A stretch of 58,630 nucleotides of DNA from Nitrospirota bacterium (lineage in GTDB: Bacteria > Nitrospirota > Nitrospiria > 2-01-FULL-66-17): contig JACQCD010000067.1 of NCBI GenBank assembly GCA_016201825.1, forward strand, positions 1 through 58,630, given 5' to 3'. Every line of letters starts with the position of its first letter. Position 1 is the stretch's first letter. Below the pieces are notes generated by a model that was not told where the DNA came from, did not search any database, and saw nothing but the letters and a program-made list of their open reading frames with translations. Both the position numbers and the translations under genes were made by a program. Shown piece by piece: positions 1-8,804 of this stretch.

Positions 1-121
1 GACTTCACCGGTACCGTTTTTAGGGGGTGCCTTGACCCCTCCCGGGTATGCGATCGTCGAATACAGGGCATCCTGGGAGGTCGTTTTTTGTTCATCAACA
101 AACCATATTTCCTAAAACGGG

Positions 122-136
122 TTTTTCTACAGCCTC
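122..136 (-). mobile_element. Probable terminal inverted repeat of an IS element (IS1182/IS5-like end); element body would lie toward position 1 and beyond
   Basis: Minus strand reads GAGGCTGTAGAAAAA, resembling IS1182/IS5-type ends, and abuts exactly where a macro-domain fragment begins mid-motif (137). The partner repeat and transposase are not in the window. Confidence 0.4.
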
Positions 137-325
137 AACGGCGGGCTTGAGTGGTCCGTGGTGCGACCGATGATCGAGGCCGCGTTGGCTTCCCTCCCGG
201 ATGTCCGGGTCCTGCTCTACGCCCCGCACCGAGAGGAAAAAGAGGACGGATTTATTTTCTCAGATCGAGACATGGGGGGCAGTGCTCAGATCGACGCCCG
301 GTGTGAGGAGCGCGGCGTCCGATGA
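137..325 (+). pseudogene. C-terminal fragment of a DarG-like macro domain
   Basis: Frame from 137 reads NGGLEWSVVRPMIEAALASLPDVRVLLYAP, matching the GxGNGGLxW..VRPxIExAL..LP.V.V..Y.P end of DarG-type macro domains. The N-terminal part is absent; stop at 323-325. Confidence 0.65.
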
Positions 326-342
326 TGAAGGGGGTCGGGCTT

Positions 343-501
343 GACCGGAGGAAGGGTGGCCCGAGGCGCTCGCCGCGTCCGGATTTCTATATCGGTGCAC
401 ATGCGGCGGTCAGCGGCCTGACACCTCTGACCCGCGACCCCGTACGATACCGCACGTATTTTCCCGCCCTGCACATCATCGCTCCAGCACGCGCCGGCTG
501 A
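343..501 (+). pseudogene. C-terminal fragment of a VapC/PIN-domain toxin
   Basis: Reads DRRKGGPRRSPRPDFYIGAHAAVSGLTPLTRDPVRYRTYFPALHIIAP, the characteristic PDFxIGAHA...LTRD..RYRTYFP tail of a VapC subfamily. The N-terminal part of the PIN domain is missing. Confidence 0.75.
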
Positions 502-616
502 CGGTCAAGAATTCTGATCAAGTTCCCAGACAACCGTGGCGTCAACATCGCCCGTGTCTTGATTTGCCTGATTTCTACTGCTATTCTGACGCCTCGTGCG
601 ACGGGACGGCTATCGT

Positions 617-1252
617 ATGCGTATCACTGAGATCTTCCACAGTATCCAGGGCGAGTCGACCTACGCGGGGCTGCCGTGCGTGTTCGTGCGGGTCACCGGC
701 TGTCCCTTGCGATGCACGTGGTGCGACACGACGTATGCGTTTTATGAGGGGGAGGAGCTGAGCCTCGACGAGATCGTCCAGCGGGTCGCCGCGTATGGGT
801 GCCCGCTGGTGGAGATGACGGGCGGCGAGCCGCTCCATGACCCTGAGGCGGGGGTGCTCGTGACGCGGTTGCTCGATCTGGGCTATACCGTATTAGTCGA
901 AACGAGCGGGGCGATCGACATTGCGCCGTTGGATCAGCGCGCCGCCGTGATCATGGATCTGAAGTGCCCCGGTAGCGGTATGGCCGATCGCACGTTCTGG
1001 GACAACCTCGCCGCGCTCAAGCCGTCCGATGAAGTGAAGTTTGTGGTTAACGACCGCGCCGATTATCTCTGGGCGCGCGACGTGCTCGATCGCACGCACC
1101 TCGCCGACCGCCAGACCGTCCTGTTTGCTCCGGTGTTCGGCCGCCTCGACCCCAAGACGCTCGCGGCGTGGCTCTTGGAGGACGGTCTGCGGGCGCGCCT
1201 GCAACTGCAACTCCACAAATATATCTGGGACCCGGCCGCGCGTGGCGTGTGA
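617..1252 (+). CDS. queE: 7-carboxy-7-deazaguanine synthase (radical SAM)
   Basis: EIFHSIQGE...VFVRVTGCPLRCTWCDT (CxxxCxxC), TGGEP, C-terminal QLHKYIW; ATG at 617. Confidence 0.92.
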   Translation: MRITEIFHSIQGESTYAGLPCVFVRVTGCPLRCTWCDTTYAFYEGEELSLDEIVQRVAAYGCPLVEMTGGEPLHDPEAGVLVTRLLDLGYTVLVETSGAIDIAPLDQRAAVIMDLKCPGSGMADRTFWDNLAALKPSDEVKFVVNDRADYLWARDVLDRTHLADRQTVLFAPVFGRLDPKTLAAWLLEDGLRARLQLQLHKYIWDPAARGV

Positions 1253-1309
1253 TCGCCGACGCGGCACGCGGCCCTTTCACGGCGGTGCCGAGCGCCGCAA
1301 GGATGAGGG

Positions 1310-2845
1310 ATGACGACACGTGTCGTGGTGAAGACCGGCTCGGTGCTTCGAGCCGCCGAGGATGGCGTGGTGCTGTTCCGTCACGCCGACGGAGGGGAGC
1401 CGCCGGCGTTCGCGGAGGTCGCCAAGGCGCTGGGACCGGCGTTTCGCCAGGCGCTGAAAGCGTGCGGCTTCGAGGGCAAGCCGGCCCACGTCGCCCTGGT
1501 CCACACGATGGGGCGGCTGCCGGCGCGGGTGGTCGTGGTGGCCGGCCTGGGGCCCCGAGAGTCGACGACGTCGGAACGGGTGCGGCAGGCCGCGGCTCGA
1601 GCCGCCCAGCGCGCGCGGGACGCGGGGTGCGAACGCTTGGCCTTCGACCTGAACGTGAAAGGGCTTGATCCGGGGGAGACCGCGCGGGCGTGCGCGGAAG
1701 GCGCCCTCCTCGGCCTCTACCGGTTTACCGGGTATAAGACCGAACGAGGGGACGATCGCCGGGAAGTTCGGCATCTGACCTTGCTCGCGACCGAGGGTGG
1801 GCTCGCGGCGGCTCGGGCTGGGGCGCGCCGTGGCGAGATCATCGCCGACGGCGTCAACCAGGCCCGGGAGTTGGGCAACCTGCCCTCTAACGCCGTGACC
1901 CCCACGCACATCGCCGAGCGCGCGCGGACGCTCGCGAGGGCTCATGGATTCGCCTGCGAAGTGATCGACCGCAAGGGTATGGAGCGGCTCAAGATGGGCG
2001 CGCTGTTGGGCGTGGCGCGCGGAAGCCTCGAACCGCCGAAGCTGATCATCCTTCGGTATGACGGGGCGCGACCACCACGAGGCCGGGCTGCCCGGTCGCG
2101 TCCGGCGGCCGTGAAGCCGATTGCCCTGGTGGGCAAGACGATCACGTTCGACAGCGGTGGCATCTCGCTCAAGCCCGCCGACAAGATGGAGCAGATGAAG
2201 AGCGACATGCTCGGGGGCGCGGGGGTGCTCGCCGCCATGGCGGCGGCGGCCCAGCTCGAGTTGCCGGTGTCGGTGGTCGGCCTGTTGCCCGCCACCGAGA
2301 ACATGCCGAGCGGCACCGCGATCAAGCCGGGCGACGTCGTGACCGCATTCTCCGGGACGACGATCGAGGTCGTCAACACCGACGCGGAAGGGCGCCTGGT
2401 GCTGGCGGACGCCCTGGCCTATGCCATCAAACGATACCAGCCGCGGGTCATCCTGGACGTCGCGACGTTGACGGGCGCGTGCTCGGTGGCGCTGGGCCAG
2501 CACGCGATCGGTCTGTTGGGCACCGATCCCGCGCTGATCGAGCGCGTCAAACGCTCGGCCGACGCGAGCGGAGAACGGGTGTGGCAATTGCCGCTGTGGG
2601 ATGACTACTATGAGCAGATCAAGAGCGACGTGGCCGACCTCAAAAACACGGGCGGACGACCAGCCGGGACGATTACCGCGGCGGCCTTCTTGAGCCGATT
2701 CGTGGGGTCAACCCCCTGGGCCCATCTCGACATCGCGGGCACGATGTGGAGTGACGAGACGAGGCATTACGTCTCGAAGGGCGCCACCGGGGCCGGCGTG
2801 CGCGTCCTCATCCAGTTCCTCATCGACGCGGCCGGCCGGGCATGA
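1310..2845 (+). CDS. pepA: Leucyl aminopeptidase (M17)
   Basis: GKTITFDSGG, MKSDM, NTDAEGRL and WAHLDIAG motifs. Confidence 0.95.
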   Translation: MTTRVVVKTGSVLRAAEDGVVLFRHADGGEPPAFAEVAKALGPAFRQALKACGFEGKPAHVALVHTMGRLPARVVVVAGLGPRESTTSERVRQAAARAAQRARDAGCERLAFDLNVKGLDPGETARACAEGALLGLYRFTGYKTERGDDRREVRHLTLLATEGGLAAARAGARRGEIIADGVNQARELGNLPSNAVTPTHIAERARTLARAHGFACEVIDRKGMERLKMGALLGVARGSLEPPKLIILRYDGARPPRGRAARSRPAAVKPIALVGKTITFDSGGISLKPADKMEQMKSDMLGGAGVLAAMAAAAQLELPVSVVGLLPATENMPSGTAIKPGDVVTAFSGTTIEVVNTDAEGRLVLADALAYAIKRYQPRVILDVATLTGACSVALGQHAIGLLGTDPALIERVKRSADASGERVWQLPLWDDYYEQIKSDVADLKNTGGRPAGTITAAAFLSRFVGSTPWAHLDIAGTMWSDETRHYVSKGATGAGVRVLIQFLIDAAGRA

Positions 2846-3915
2846 GCCTACAGGACAAGCTCGGGCAGCTCGTCATGGTCGGTTTCGACGGGACGACGCC
2901 GTCTCGCGAGGTGAAACGCCTGATTGCCACCACGCGGGTCGGCGGCGTCATTCTGTTTCGGCGGAACATCGACGATCCTCCCCAGGTCTGGGCTCTGACC
3001 CGTGCGCTCCAGCGGTTGGCCCCCAAGGCCCCGCTCTTCATCGCCGTCGATCAGGAGGGGGGCCGGGTCAGTCGACTCCCGCCTCCGTTCACGCAGTTTC
3101 CCCCCGCCGCGGTCTTGGGCAAGCGGAATTCGTTCGACCTCACCTATGGGGTCGGGGAAGCGATGGGGCGGGAAATGGCCGCGGTGGGAATCAACATGGA
3201 CATGGCGCCGGTCCTGGACGTGAATACCAATGCGGCGAATCCCGTCATCGGCGACCGCGCGTTCGGCGACAGCCCGATCGTGGTCGAGGAGCACGGGCTG
3301 GCGATGATCGTGGGGCTCCAGGACCGCCGCGTCATTGCCTGCGCGAAACACTTTCCGGGCCACGGCGCCACGTCGGCCGATTCCCATCTTGAGCTCCCCG
3401 AGGTCGCGGTCTCGTTGCGCCAGCTCGAGCGCATCCATCTCCGTCCGTTCGAGCACGCGATCGCCAACCGGCTGGCCGCCGTCATGACCGCGCACGTCCG
3501 TTACCCCGCACTCGATCCCGCGGCGCCCGCGACCTTGTCGAAGAAAACGCTTACCGGTCTCTTGCGGCGCGCCATGGGGTTCGAAGGGATCGTCATCACG
3601 GACGACCTGGAGATGAAGGCCATCTCGTCTCGGTACGATCCGCCGGCGGCCGCGCTCAAGGCCTTTCTTGCCGGGGCGGATATCCTCCTCTTCTGCCGAG
3701 ACACCGAGGCGGCTCGGCAGGCGATCGAGGCTCTGACCGAGGCGGTCAGGCGGGGCCGTCTCTCCGAAGCGCGGATCGATCTGTCGCTGGAACGGATCCT
3801 GCGGACGAAGGAGCGCTTTTTGCTGGGGCTCAAGCCGCCGAGCCGTGCCGCGCTCCACAACGTCATCGGCTGCGAGGCGCACCTGGGCCTCGTCCAACGG
3901 ATCTTGTCGTCGTAA
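2842..3915 (+). CDS. nagZ: Beta-N-acetylhexosaminidase (GH3)
   Basis: DQEGGRV, KHFPGHG..ADSH (NagZ signature) and ITDDLEM; ATGA coupling to pepA. Confidence 0.93.
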   Translation: MSLQDKLGQLVMVGFDGTTPSREVKRLIATTRVGGVILFRRNIDDPPQVWALTRALQRLAPKAPLFIAVDQEGGRVSRLPPPFTQFPPAAVLGKRNSFDLTYGVGEAMGREMAAVGINMDMAPVLDVNTNAANPVIGDRAFGDSPIVVEEHGLAMIVGLQDRRVIACAKHFPGHGATSADSHLELPEVAVSLRQLERIHLRPFEHAIANRLAAVMTAHVRYPALDPAAPATLSKKTLTGLLRRAMGFEGIVITDDLEMKAISSRYDPPAAALKAFLAGADILLFCRDTEAARQAIEALTEAVRRGRLSEARIDLSLERILRTKERFLLGLKPPSRAALHNVIGCEAHLGLVQRILSS

Positions 3916-3955
3916 CCGATACGGGAAGAGAGAGCGTGCCGGAGGATGCTGCGAA

Positions 3956-3993
3956 CACTCGTCGCGTCCCCCGCGCGGGGGACGCGACGAGTG
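3956..3993. terminator. Perfect 38-bp palindrome between convergent nagZ and XRE gene; probable bidirectional terminator
   Basis: CACTCGTCGCGTCCCCCGC|GCGGGGGACGCGACGAGTG; no U-tract on either side. Confidence 0.6.
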
Positions 3994-3997
3994 CGGA

Positions 3998-4222
3998 TTA
4001 CTTACGCTTGGACGCCTTGCCGGTCAAGAGCCAATCCACGCTCACCTTGCCGTAATCGGCGATCCGCAAGAGCAGTTCGGGATTGGGCACGCGGCCTCGT
4101 TCGTAGCGGCTGATGTAGTTCTGTTTTTTCACGCCGATCAGTTTGGCGAACTCGGTTTGGGTCATCCCGCCGCGGATCTCCCGGATCCGCTGACCGACCT
4201 GCATGGGTGAATACTTCTGCAT
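3998..4222 (-). CDS. XRE-family helix-turn-helix regulator (74 aa)
   Basis: GQRIREIRGGMTQTEFAKLIGV..NYISRYERGRVPN...VSVDWLLTG; GAGGAGG Shine-Dalgarno before ATG 4222. Only the 3' part of the 302-aa ORF is real. Confidence 0.9.
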   Translation of the reverse strand: MQKYSPMQVGQRIREIRGGMTQTEFAKLIGVKKQNYISRYERGRVPNPELLLRIADYGKVSVDWLLTGKASKRK

Positions 4223-4285
4223 TGCCGTCCTCCTCGTCAGTGACTCTATGCTCATCGCGTATATCAAACTGGAGAGCGCAATCGG

Positions 4286-4315
4286 AGTATACCGAAGCCC
4301 AGTTTGGGAAGTCAA
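4286..4315 (-). promoter_or_regulatory. Putative sigma70 promoter of XRE gene
   Basis: TTGACT-18 nt-TATACT on minus strand; CAAACTGG/CCAGTTTG inverted pair at 4265-4272 and 4299-4306 flanks the -10. Confidence 0.55.
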
Positions 4316-5301
4316 GCTTCGCGCGGAGTATGCGGTGCCGCCCGAAGGGCGCGGCAGGCCGTATCCATGTCGGCCGGCAACGCGCTCGTGAACTCCAAAA
4401 AGCCGCCGGAGACCGGGTGGAGGAATCCTAATTGGTGCGCGTGCAGCATTTGTCGCGCCACCGGCACATCGGGCGGCGCAACGGCTCGTCGGCCGCCGTA
4501 GACCGGGTCTCCCAGGACCGGGTATCCCGCGTGCGCCATATGCACCCGGATCTGGTGAGTGCGACCCGTCTCGAGCGTGACCCCCACCAACGTCGCCGGT
4601 CCGAACCGTTCGACAACCTGGTAGTGGCTCACCGCCGATCTGGGACTGGTCGTCCGGGCCGAGATTTTCTTCCGATCCCAGAGATCTCGGCCGATGGCCA
4701 GGTCGATCGTTCCCCGCCGGGGCCGGACGTCGCCCGCGACCAGCGCCAAATACCGCCTCGTGATGCTGTGGACCTTGAACTGGCGCATGAGCCCGGTGTG
4801 GGCCGCGTCGTGTTTGGCGACGACCAGCAGGCCGGACGTGTCCTTGTCTAAGCGGTGAACGATTCCCGGCCGCTCGCGCCCGCCGATACCGCCCAGATCG
4901 CGGCAATGGTGGAGCAGCGCGTGCACCAGCGTTCCCGAATAATGGCCCGGAGCGGGATGGACGACGAGGCCGGCGGGTTTATCCAGCACGAGCAGGTCGG
5001 CATCCTCATAGACGATTGCGAGCGGAATCGGTTCCGGGCGGAGTTCGAGTCGGGTTGGAGGCGGGTGGCGGATGACGATGCGATCGGCCGGCCTGATGGT
5101 GTAACTCGCCTTCACCCGCCGGCCGTTGACGTCGATGACGCCGTCTTCCAGGCCTCGCTGAATGCGGGACCGGGAGAGCGGCAAGCCCTGGCGGGAGAGG
5201 AAGCGGTCGATCCGGTCAGGGGCCTCGCCTGCGGTGACCGTGATGACCGTGAGATCCGGCGCGGGGTCTTTCGGCTGCGATCGGTTGGGTTGCCTCGTCA
5301 T
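4312..5301 (-). CDS. rluD: RluA-family (RluD-like) 23S rRNA pseudouridine synthase
   Basis: N-terminal S4 domain, DKPAGLVVHP, HRLDKDTSG (catalytic Asp), TGRTHQIRVH, QMLHA. Confidence 0.88.
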   Translation of the reverse strand: MTRQPNRSQPKDPAPDLTVITVTAGEAPDRIDRFLSRQGLPLSRSRIQRGLEDGVIDVNGRRVKASYTIRPADRIVIRHPPPTRLELRPEPIPLAIVYEDADLLVLDKPAGLVVHPAPGHYSGTLVHALLHHCRDLGGIGGRERPGIVHRLDKDTSGLLVVAKHDAAHTGLMRQFKVHSITRRYLALVAGDVRPRRGTIDLAIGRDLWDRKKISARTTSPRSAVSHYQVVERFGPATLVGVTLETGRTHQIRVHMAHAGYPVLGDPVYGGRRAVAPPDVPVARQMLHAHQLGFLHPVSGGFLEFTSALPADMDTACRALRAAPHTPREA

Positions 5302-5379
5302 GTGAGTGTGCGTGCCGCTGCCCCATGCAGCATCTGTCACGTTAGGTGTTCGGAAGGGGAGATCGCCCATGCCCCTCGC

Positions 5380-5892
5380 TTAGAGATTCCCGGCTGGGCG
5401 GGTGGCGGCGCCCTTATCGAACAGGAGGTGTCCGAGCAGCATCACCATGCCGATCGTGATCCCCGAGTCGGCGAGGTTGAAGACCGGCCAGTGATGGGTA
5501 CTCACGTAGACGTCGATGAAATCGATCACTTCCCCGAAGCGGACCCGGTCGATCAGATTCCCGAGCGCTCCGCCCAGGATGAGCGCGAGCGCCGTCAAGG
5601 TCCACCAGTCGCCGTGCGCCACGCGACGCAGGAAGGCGACCACCATCGCCAGCGCCGCCACCGAGATCAGCGTGAAGAACCAGAACCGGAACGTCGCGTT
5701 GGTGTCCGCGAACAGACTGAATGCCGCTCCAGGATTTCTGGTATACGTCAGGCTCAGCGACGGGAGCAACGGGATCGAGTCGTGCAATGCCATCGTGTGA
5801 CGGACGAGGGCCTTGGTCAACTGGTCCGCGATGACCAGGAGGCCGCTCATGAACGCGGCCGCGAGTGCCGATGTCCGGGACATGCCGATCAT
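5380..5892 (-). CDS. lspA: Lipoprotein signal peptidase II
   Basis: DQLTK, RNPGAAFS, GGALGNLIDR, VIDFI, WPVFNLADS; downstream of ileS. Start is 5892 or 5883. Confidence 0.93.
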   Translation of the reverse strand: MIGMSRTSALAAAFMSGLLVIADQLTKALVRHTMALHDSIPLLPSLSLTYTRNPGAAFSLFADTNATFRFWFFTLISVAALAMVVAFLRRVAHGDWWTLTALALILGGALGNLIDRVRFGEVIDFIDVYVSTHHWPVFNLADSGITIGMVMLLGHLLFDKGAATRPAGNL

Positions 5893-5908
5893 GTCCGAGC
5901 GGCTGAGG

Positions 5909-8773
5909 TCATCCCTGGTCCAAGACCGTGACGCACCGGGCGCACAGCTCGGGATGGCGGCCGTCTCGGCCCACGTCGAGCCGATACGTCCAGCACCGGG
6001 CGCACTTGGCTCCTTCCGCGCGGGCCACCGCGACGGCGAGGTCCGCCGTGAGCGGCGCCACGTCGTGAGGTCGGTGTTCAAAGGGGGCCAGGTTCACCCC
6101 CGAGACGATGAAGACGGCGGCCAACTGCGGCGCGTGCTCACGAAGAAACGCGCCAAGCTCCTCGGACGCATACAGCGTGACGCGGGCTTCGAGGGAGGAG
6201 CCGATGGTCTTGTCGGCGCGGGCGCGTTCCAGCGCGCGGGTGACCTCGGTACGGATTTGAAAGAGGCGTTCCCACGCCGCCGCGCGTTCGTTGCTGAGCC
6301 TCCACCCCGGTTCGAGCGAGGGAAACCTGGCCAGATGCACGCTCGGCGCCGTCCGGGAGGTCTCCGGGAGATGACTCCACAATTCCTCGGCGGTAAACGA
6401 CAGGATCGGAGCCATCAGGCGGACCAGCGTCGAGAGCGTCTGGTCCAACACGTACTGCGCGGCCCGGCGATCGGACGACGTCCGTCCCGCGGTGTAGAGC
6501 CGGTCCTTCAGGACGTCCAGGTATACCGCGCTCAAATCAACGGCGCAGAAATTGTTGAGGGCGTGAAAGACCGCGTGGAACTCATACGCACCGTAGGCGT
6601 CACGGATTCGCTCGATGAGCCCCTGCAGACGGTGGAGCGCCCAACGATCAATCTCGTGGAGAGCGCTCGGATTGGCGGCATCGTGTCGGGGATCAAAATC
6701 CCCAAGGTTAGCCAGCAGGAATCGGCACGTGTTGCGGATCTTGCGGTAGGCCTCGATCAATTGGGACATGATCGCGGGCGAGATGCGGATGTCGTCGCGA
6801 TAGTCCTCCGCCGCGACCCACAGCCGCAGGATCTCCGCCCCGTGTTGTTTGATGACCTCCTGCGGCGCGATCACGTTGCCCGCCGACTTGGACATCTTCT
6901 TGCCCTCGCCGTCGACCACGAAGCCGTGGGTCAGGACCGACCGATAAGGCGCGTGGCCGTCGGTCAAGAGCGAAGTCAGCAGCGCGCTGTGAAACCAGCC
7001 GCGGTGCTGGTCGGAACCCTCCAGATAGAGATCGGCCGGCCACGCGAGTTCGGGCCGCGCCTTAAGCACCGCGGCGTGGCTCACACCCGACTCAAACCAC
7101 ACGTCCAGGATATCGCCCTCCTGCTGAAACCTGTGCCCCCCGCACGTCGCACAGGCCGTGCCCGCCGGGAGCAAATCATCGGCTGATCGGGAGAACCAGA
7201 TGTCGCTGCCGCCCTCTCGTTCCATCGAATCGGCGACGTGGTCGGCGATGGTCTTGCTGAAGAGGGGGTTGTGACAATCAAGGCAGGTAAAGGCGACGAT
7301 GGGCACGCCCCAAACCCGCTGCCGCGAGATGCACCAGTCTGGTCGGTTGGCCATCATCCCGTAGATGCGTTCGCGCCCCCACTTGGGCACCCACGCGACC
7401 TTGTCGATTTCCTCAATGGCCTTTCTCCGAAGGTCCGTGGCTTCCATCGAGATGAACCACTGCTCGGTGGCACGAAAGATCACGGGTTTCTTGCAGCGCC
7501 AGCAGTGGGGATAGGAGTGGCTGATCGTCGATTCGGCCAGCAGCCGGCCGCGGTTTTTGAGTAGATCGATGATTGCTTGATTCGCCTCAAACACCTTTTG
7601 GTGCGCGAAGGGTCCCGCGTCGTCGGTGAATCGTCCCTGATGATCGACCGGCGCGTACACCTCCAGGTTGTACTGAAGGCCAACCTGGTAGTCTTCTTGG
7701 CCATGACCGGGCGCGGTGTGAACACAGCCGGTGCCTTGGTCGAGTGTCACGTGCTCGCCGAGCACGATGGGTGACGGCTGATCGAGCCACGGGTGGCTGA
7801 ACTCCCAACCCTGCAATCTCGCCCCCTTGAACGTGTAGACGACAGACAGGTTCTGATAGGTCTCGGTGAGACCGGCGGTTTTCTGGAAGTCACCGATACG
7901 GTCCCGGGCAACAATATACGCCTCGTTCCCCGCTATCAGAACCGCGTATTCGAACTCTGGATGAAGGCAGATAGCACGATTTGCCACGAGCGTCCAGGGT
8001 GTCGTAGTCCACACGACTACGGAAAGTCGATTCGCCATGATCTGCTGAGCTCCAGCAGGGACATCGTTCCTGAAGCTCTGAAAGATGTCCTGGAGCTTTT
8101 CTTGACCGGCACCGCGCAGCGGAAACTTCACGTAGATCGACGGCGACGTATGATCGGCGTACTCCACTTCGGCTTCGGCGAGAGCTGTTTCGTCGAAGGG
8201 ACACCAGAGGACGGGCTTCTTGCCCTTGTACACCGCGCCGGTCTCGACGATCTTGCCGAATTCTCGAACGATGGCCGCTTCGTAGGCGGGGGTCATCGTG
8301 AGATATGGATGATCCCAGTCGCCGAGGACTCCGAGCCGTTTGAACTCCTCGCGTTGGATGGCGACGAATTTCTCCGCGTACTCTCGACACCGCTTGCGGA
8401 TCTCGATCTTGCTCATGCCCTGCTTCTTCGGTCCCAGGTCTTTGAGCACCTGGTGCTCGATCGGGAGGCCGTGGCAGTCCCAGCCTGGGACGTAGGGCGC
8501 GTCGTGGCCCGTCATCGTCTGAAACTTGATGATGATGTCTTTGAGGATCTTGTTCAGCGCGTGGCCGATGTGGATGTGTCCATTGGCGTAGGGAGGGCCG
8601 TCGTGCAGAATAAATCGCTCGTCCCCCCCACGGTCTCGGATCGTGCGGTACAAGCCGGCGGCCTCCCAACGCGCAAGCTGCGCGGGCTCCTGCTGGGCGA
8701 GATCGGCCTTCATCGGAAAGCGAGTCGCGGGGAGGTTCAGCGTATCCCGGTATGCCTTGGAGGAGTCGGACAT
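5909..8773 (-). CDS. ileS: Isoleucine--tRNA ligase
   Basis: HDGPPYANGHIHIGH, WTTTPWT, KMSKS and C-terminal zinc site CARCW...CARC; ATG at 8773. Confidence 0.97.
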   Translation of the reverse strand: MSDSSKAYRDTLNLPATRFPMKADLAQQEPAQLARWEAAGLYRTIRDRGGDERFILHDGPPYANGHIHIGHALNKILKDIIIKFQTMTGHDAPYVPGWDCHGLPIEHQVLKDLGPKKQGMSKIEIRKRCREYAEKFVAIQREEFKRLGVLGDWDHPYLTMTPAYEAAIVREFGKIVETGAVYKGKKPVLWCPFDETALAEAEVEYADHTSPSIYVKFPLRGAGQEKLQDIFQSFRNDVPAGAQQIMANRLSVVVWTTTPWTLVANRAICLHPEFEYAVLIAGNEAYIVARDRIGDFQKTAGLTETYQNLSVVYTFKGARLQGWEFSHPWLDQPSPIVLGEHVTLDQGTGCVHTAPGHGQEDYQVGLQYNLEVYAPVDHQGRFTDDAGPFAHQKVFEANQAIIDLLKNRGRLLAESTISHSYPHCWRCKKPVIFRATEQWFISMEATDLRRKAIEEIDKVAWVPKWGRERIYGMMANRPDWCISRQRVWGVPIVAFTCLDCHNPLFSKTIADHVADSMEREGGSDIWFSRSADDLLPAGTACATCGGHRFQQEGDILDVWFESGVSHAAVLKARPELAWPADLYLEGSDQHRGWFHSALLTSLLTDGHAPYRSVLTHGFVVDGEGKKMSKSAGNVIAPQEVIKQHGAEILRLWVAAEDYRDDIRISPAIMSQLIEAYRKIRNTCRFLLANLGDFDPRHDAANPSALHEIDRWALHRLQGLIERIRDAYGAYEFHAVFHALNNFCAVDLSAVYLDVLKDRLYTAGRTSSDRRAAQYVLDQTLSTLVRLMAPILSFTAEELWSHLPETSRTAPSVHLARFPSLEPGWRLSNERAAAWERLFQIRTEVTRALERARADKTIGSSLEARVTLYASEELGAFLREHAPQLAAVFIVSGVNLAPFEHRPHDVAPLTADLAVAVARAEGAKCARCWTYRLDVGRDGRHPELCARCVTVLDQG

Positions 8774-8804
8774 GCTTGATCCTAACAAGCGTGAAGCAGG
8801 GGTG

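Noticed and set aside
286-474. 62-aa minus-strand ORF
   Set aside because: Antisense shadow of the vapC-like fragment on the plus strand.
4223-4906. Long N-terminal extension of the XRE ORF (302 aa)
   Set aside because: Overlaps the rluD-like gene out of frame; a strong SD supports the start at 4222.
5813-8779. Long plus-strand ORFs (457 and 328 aa) opposite ileS, and similar ones opposite pepA, nagZ and ybbP
   Set aside because: Typical high-GC antisense shadows with no recognisable motifs.
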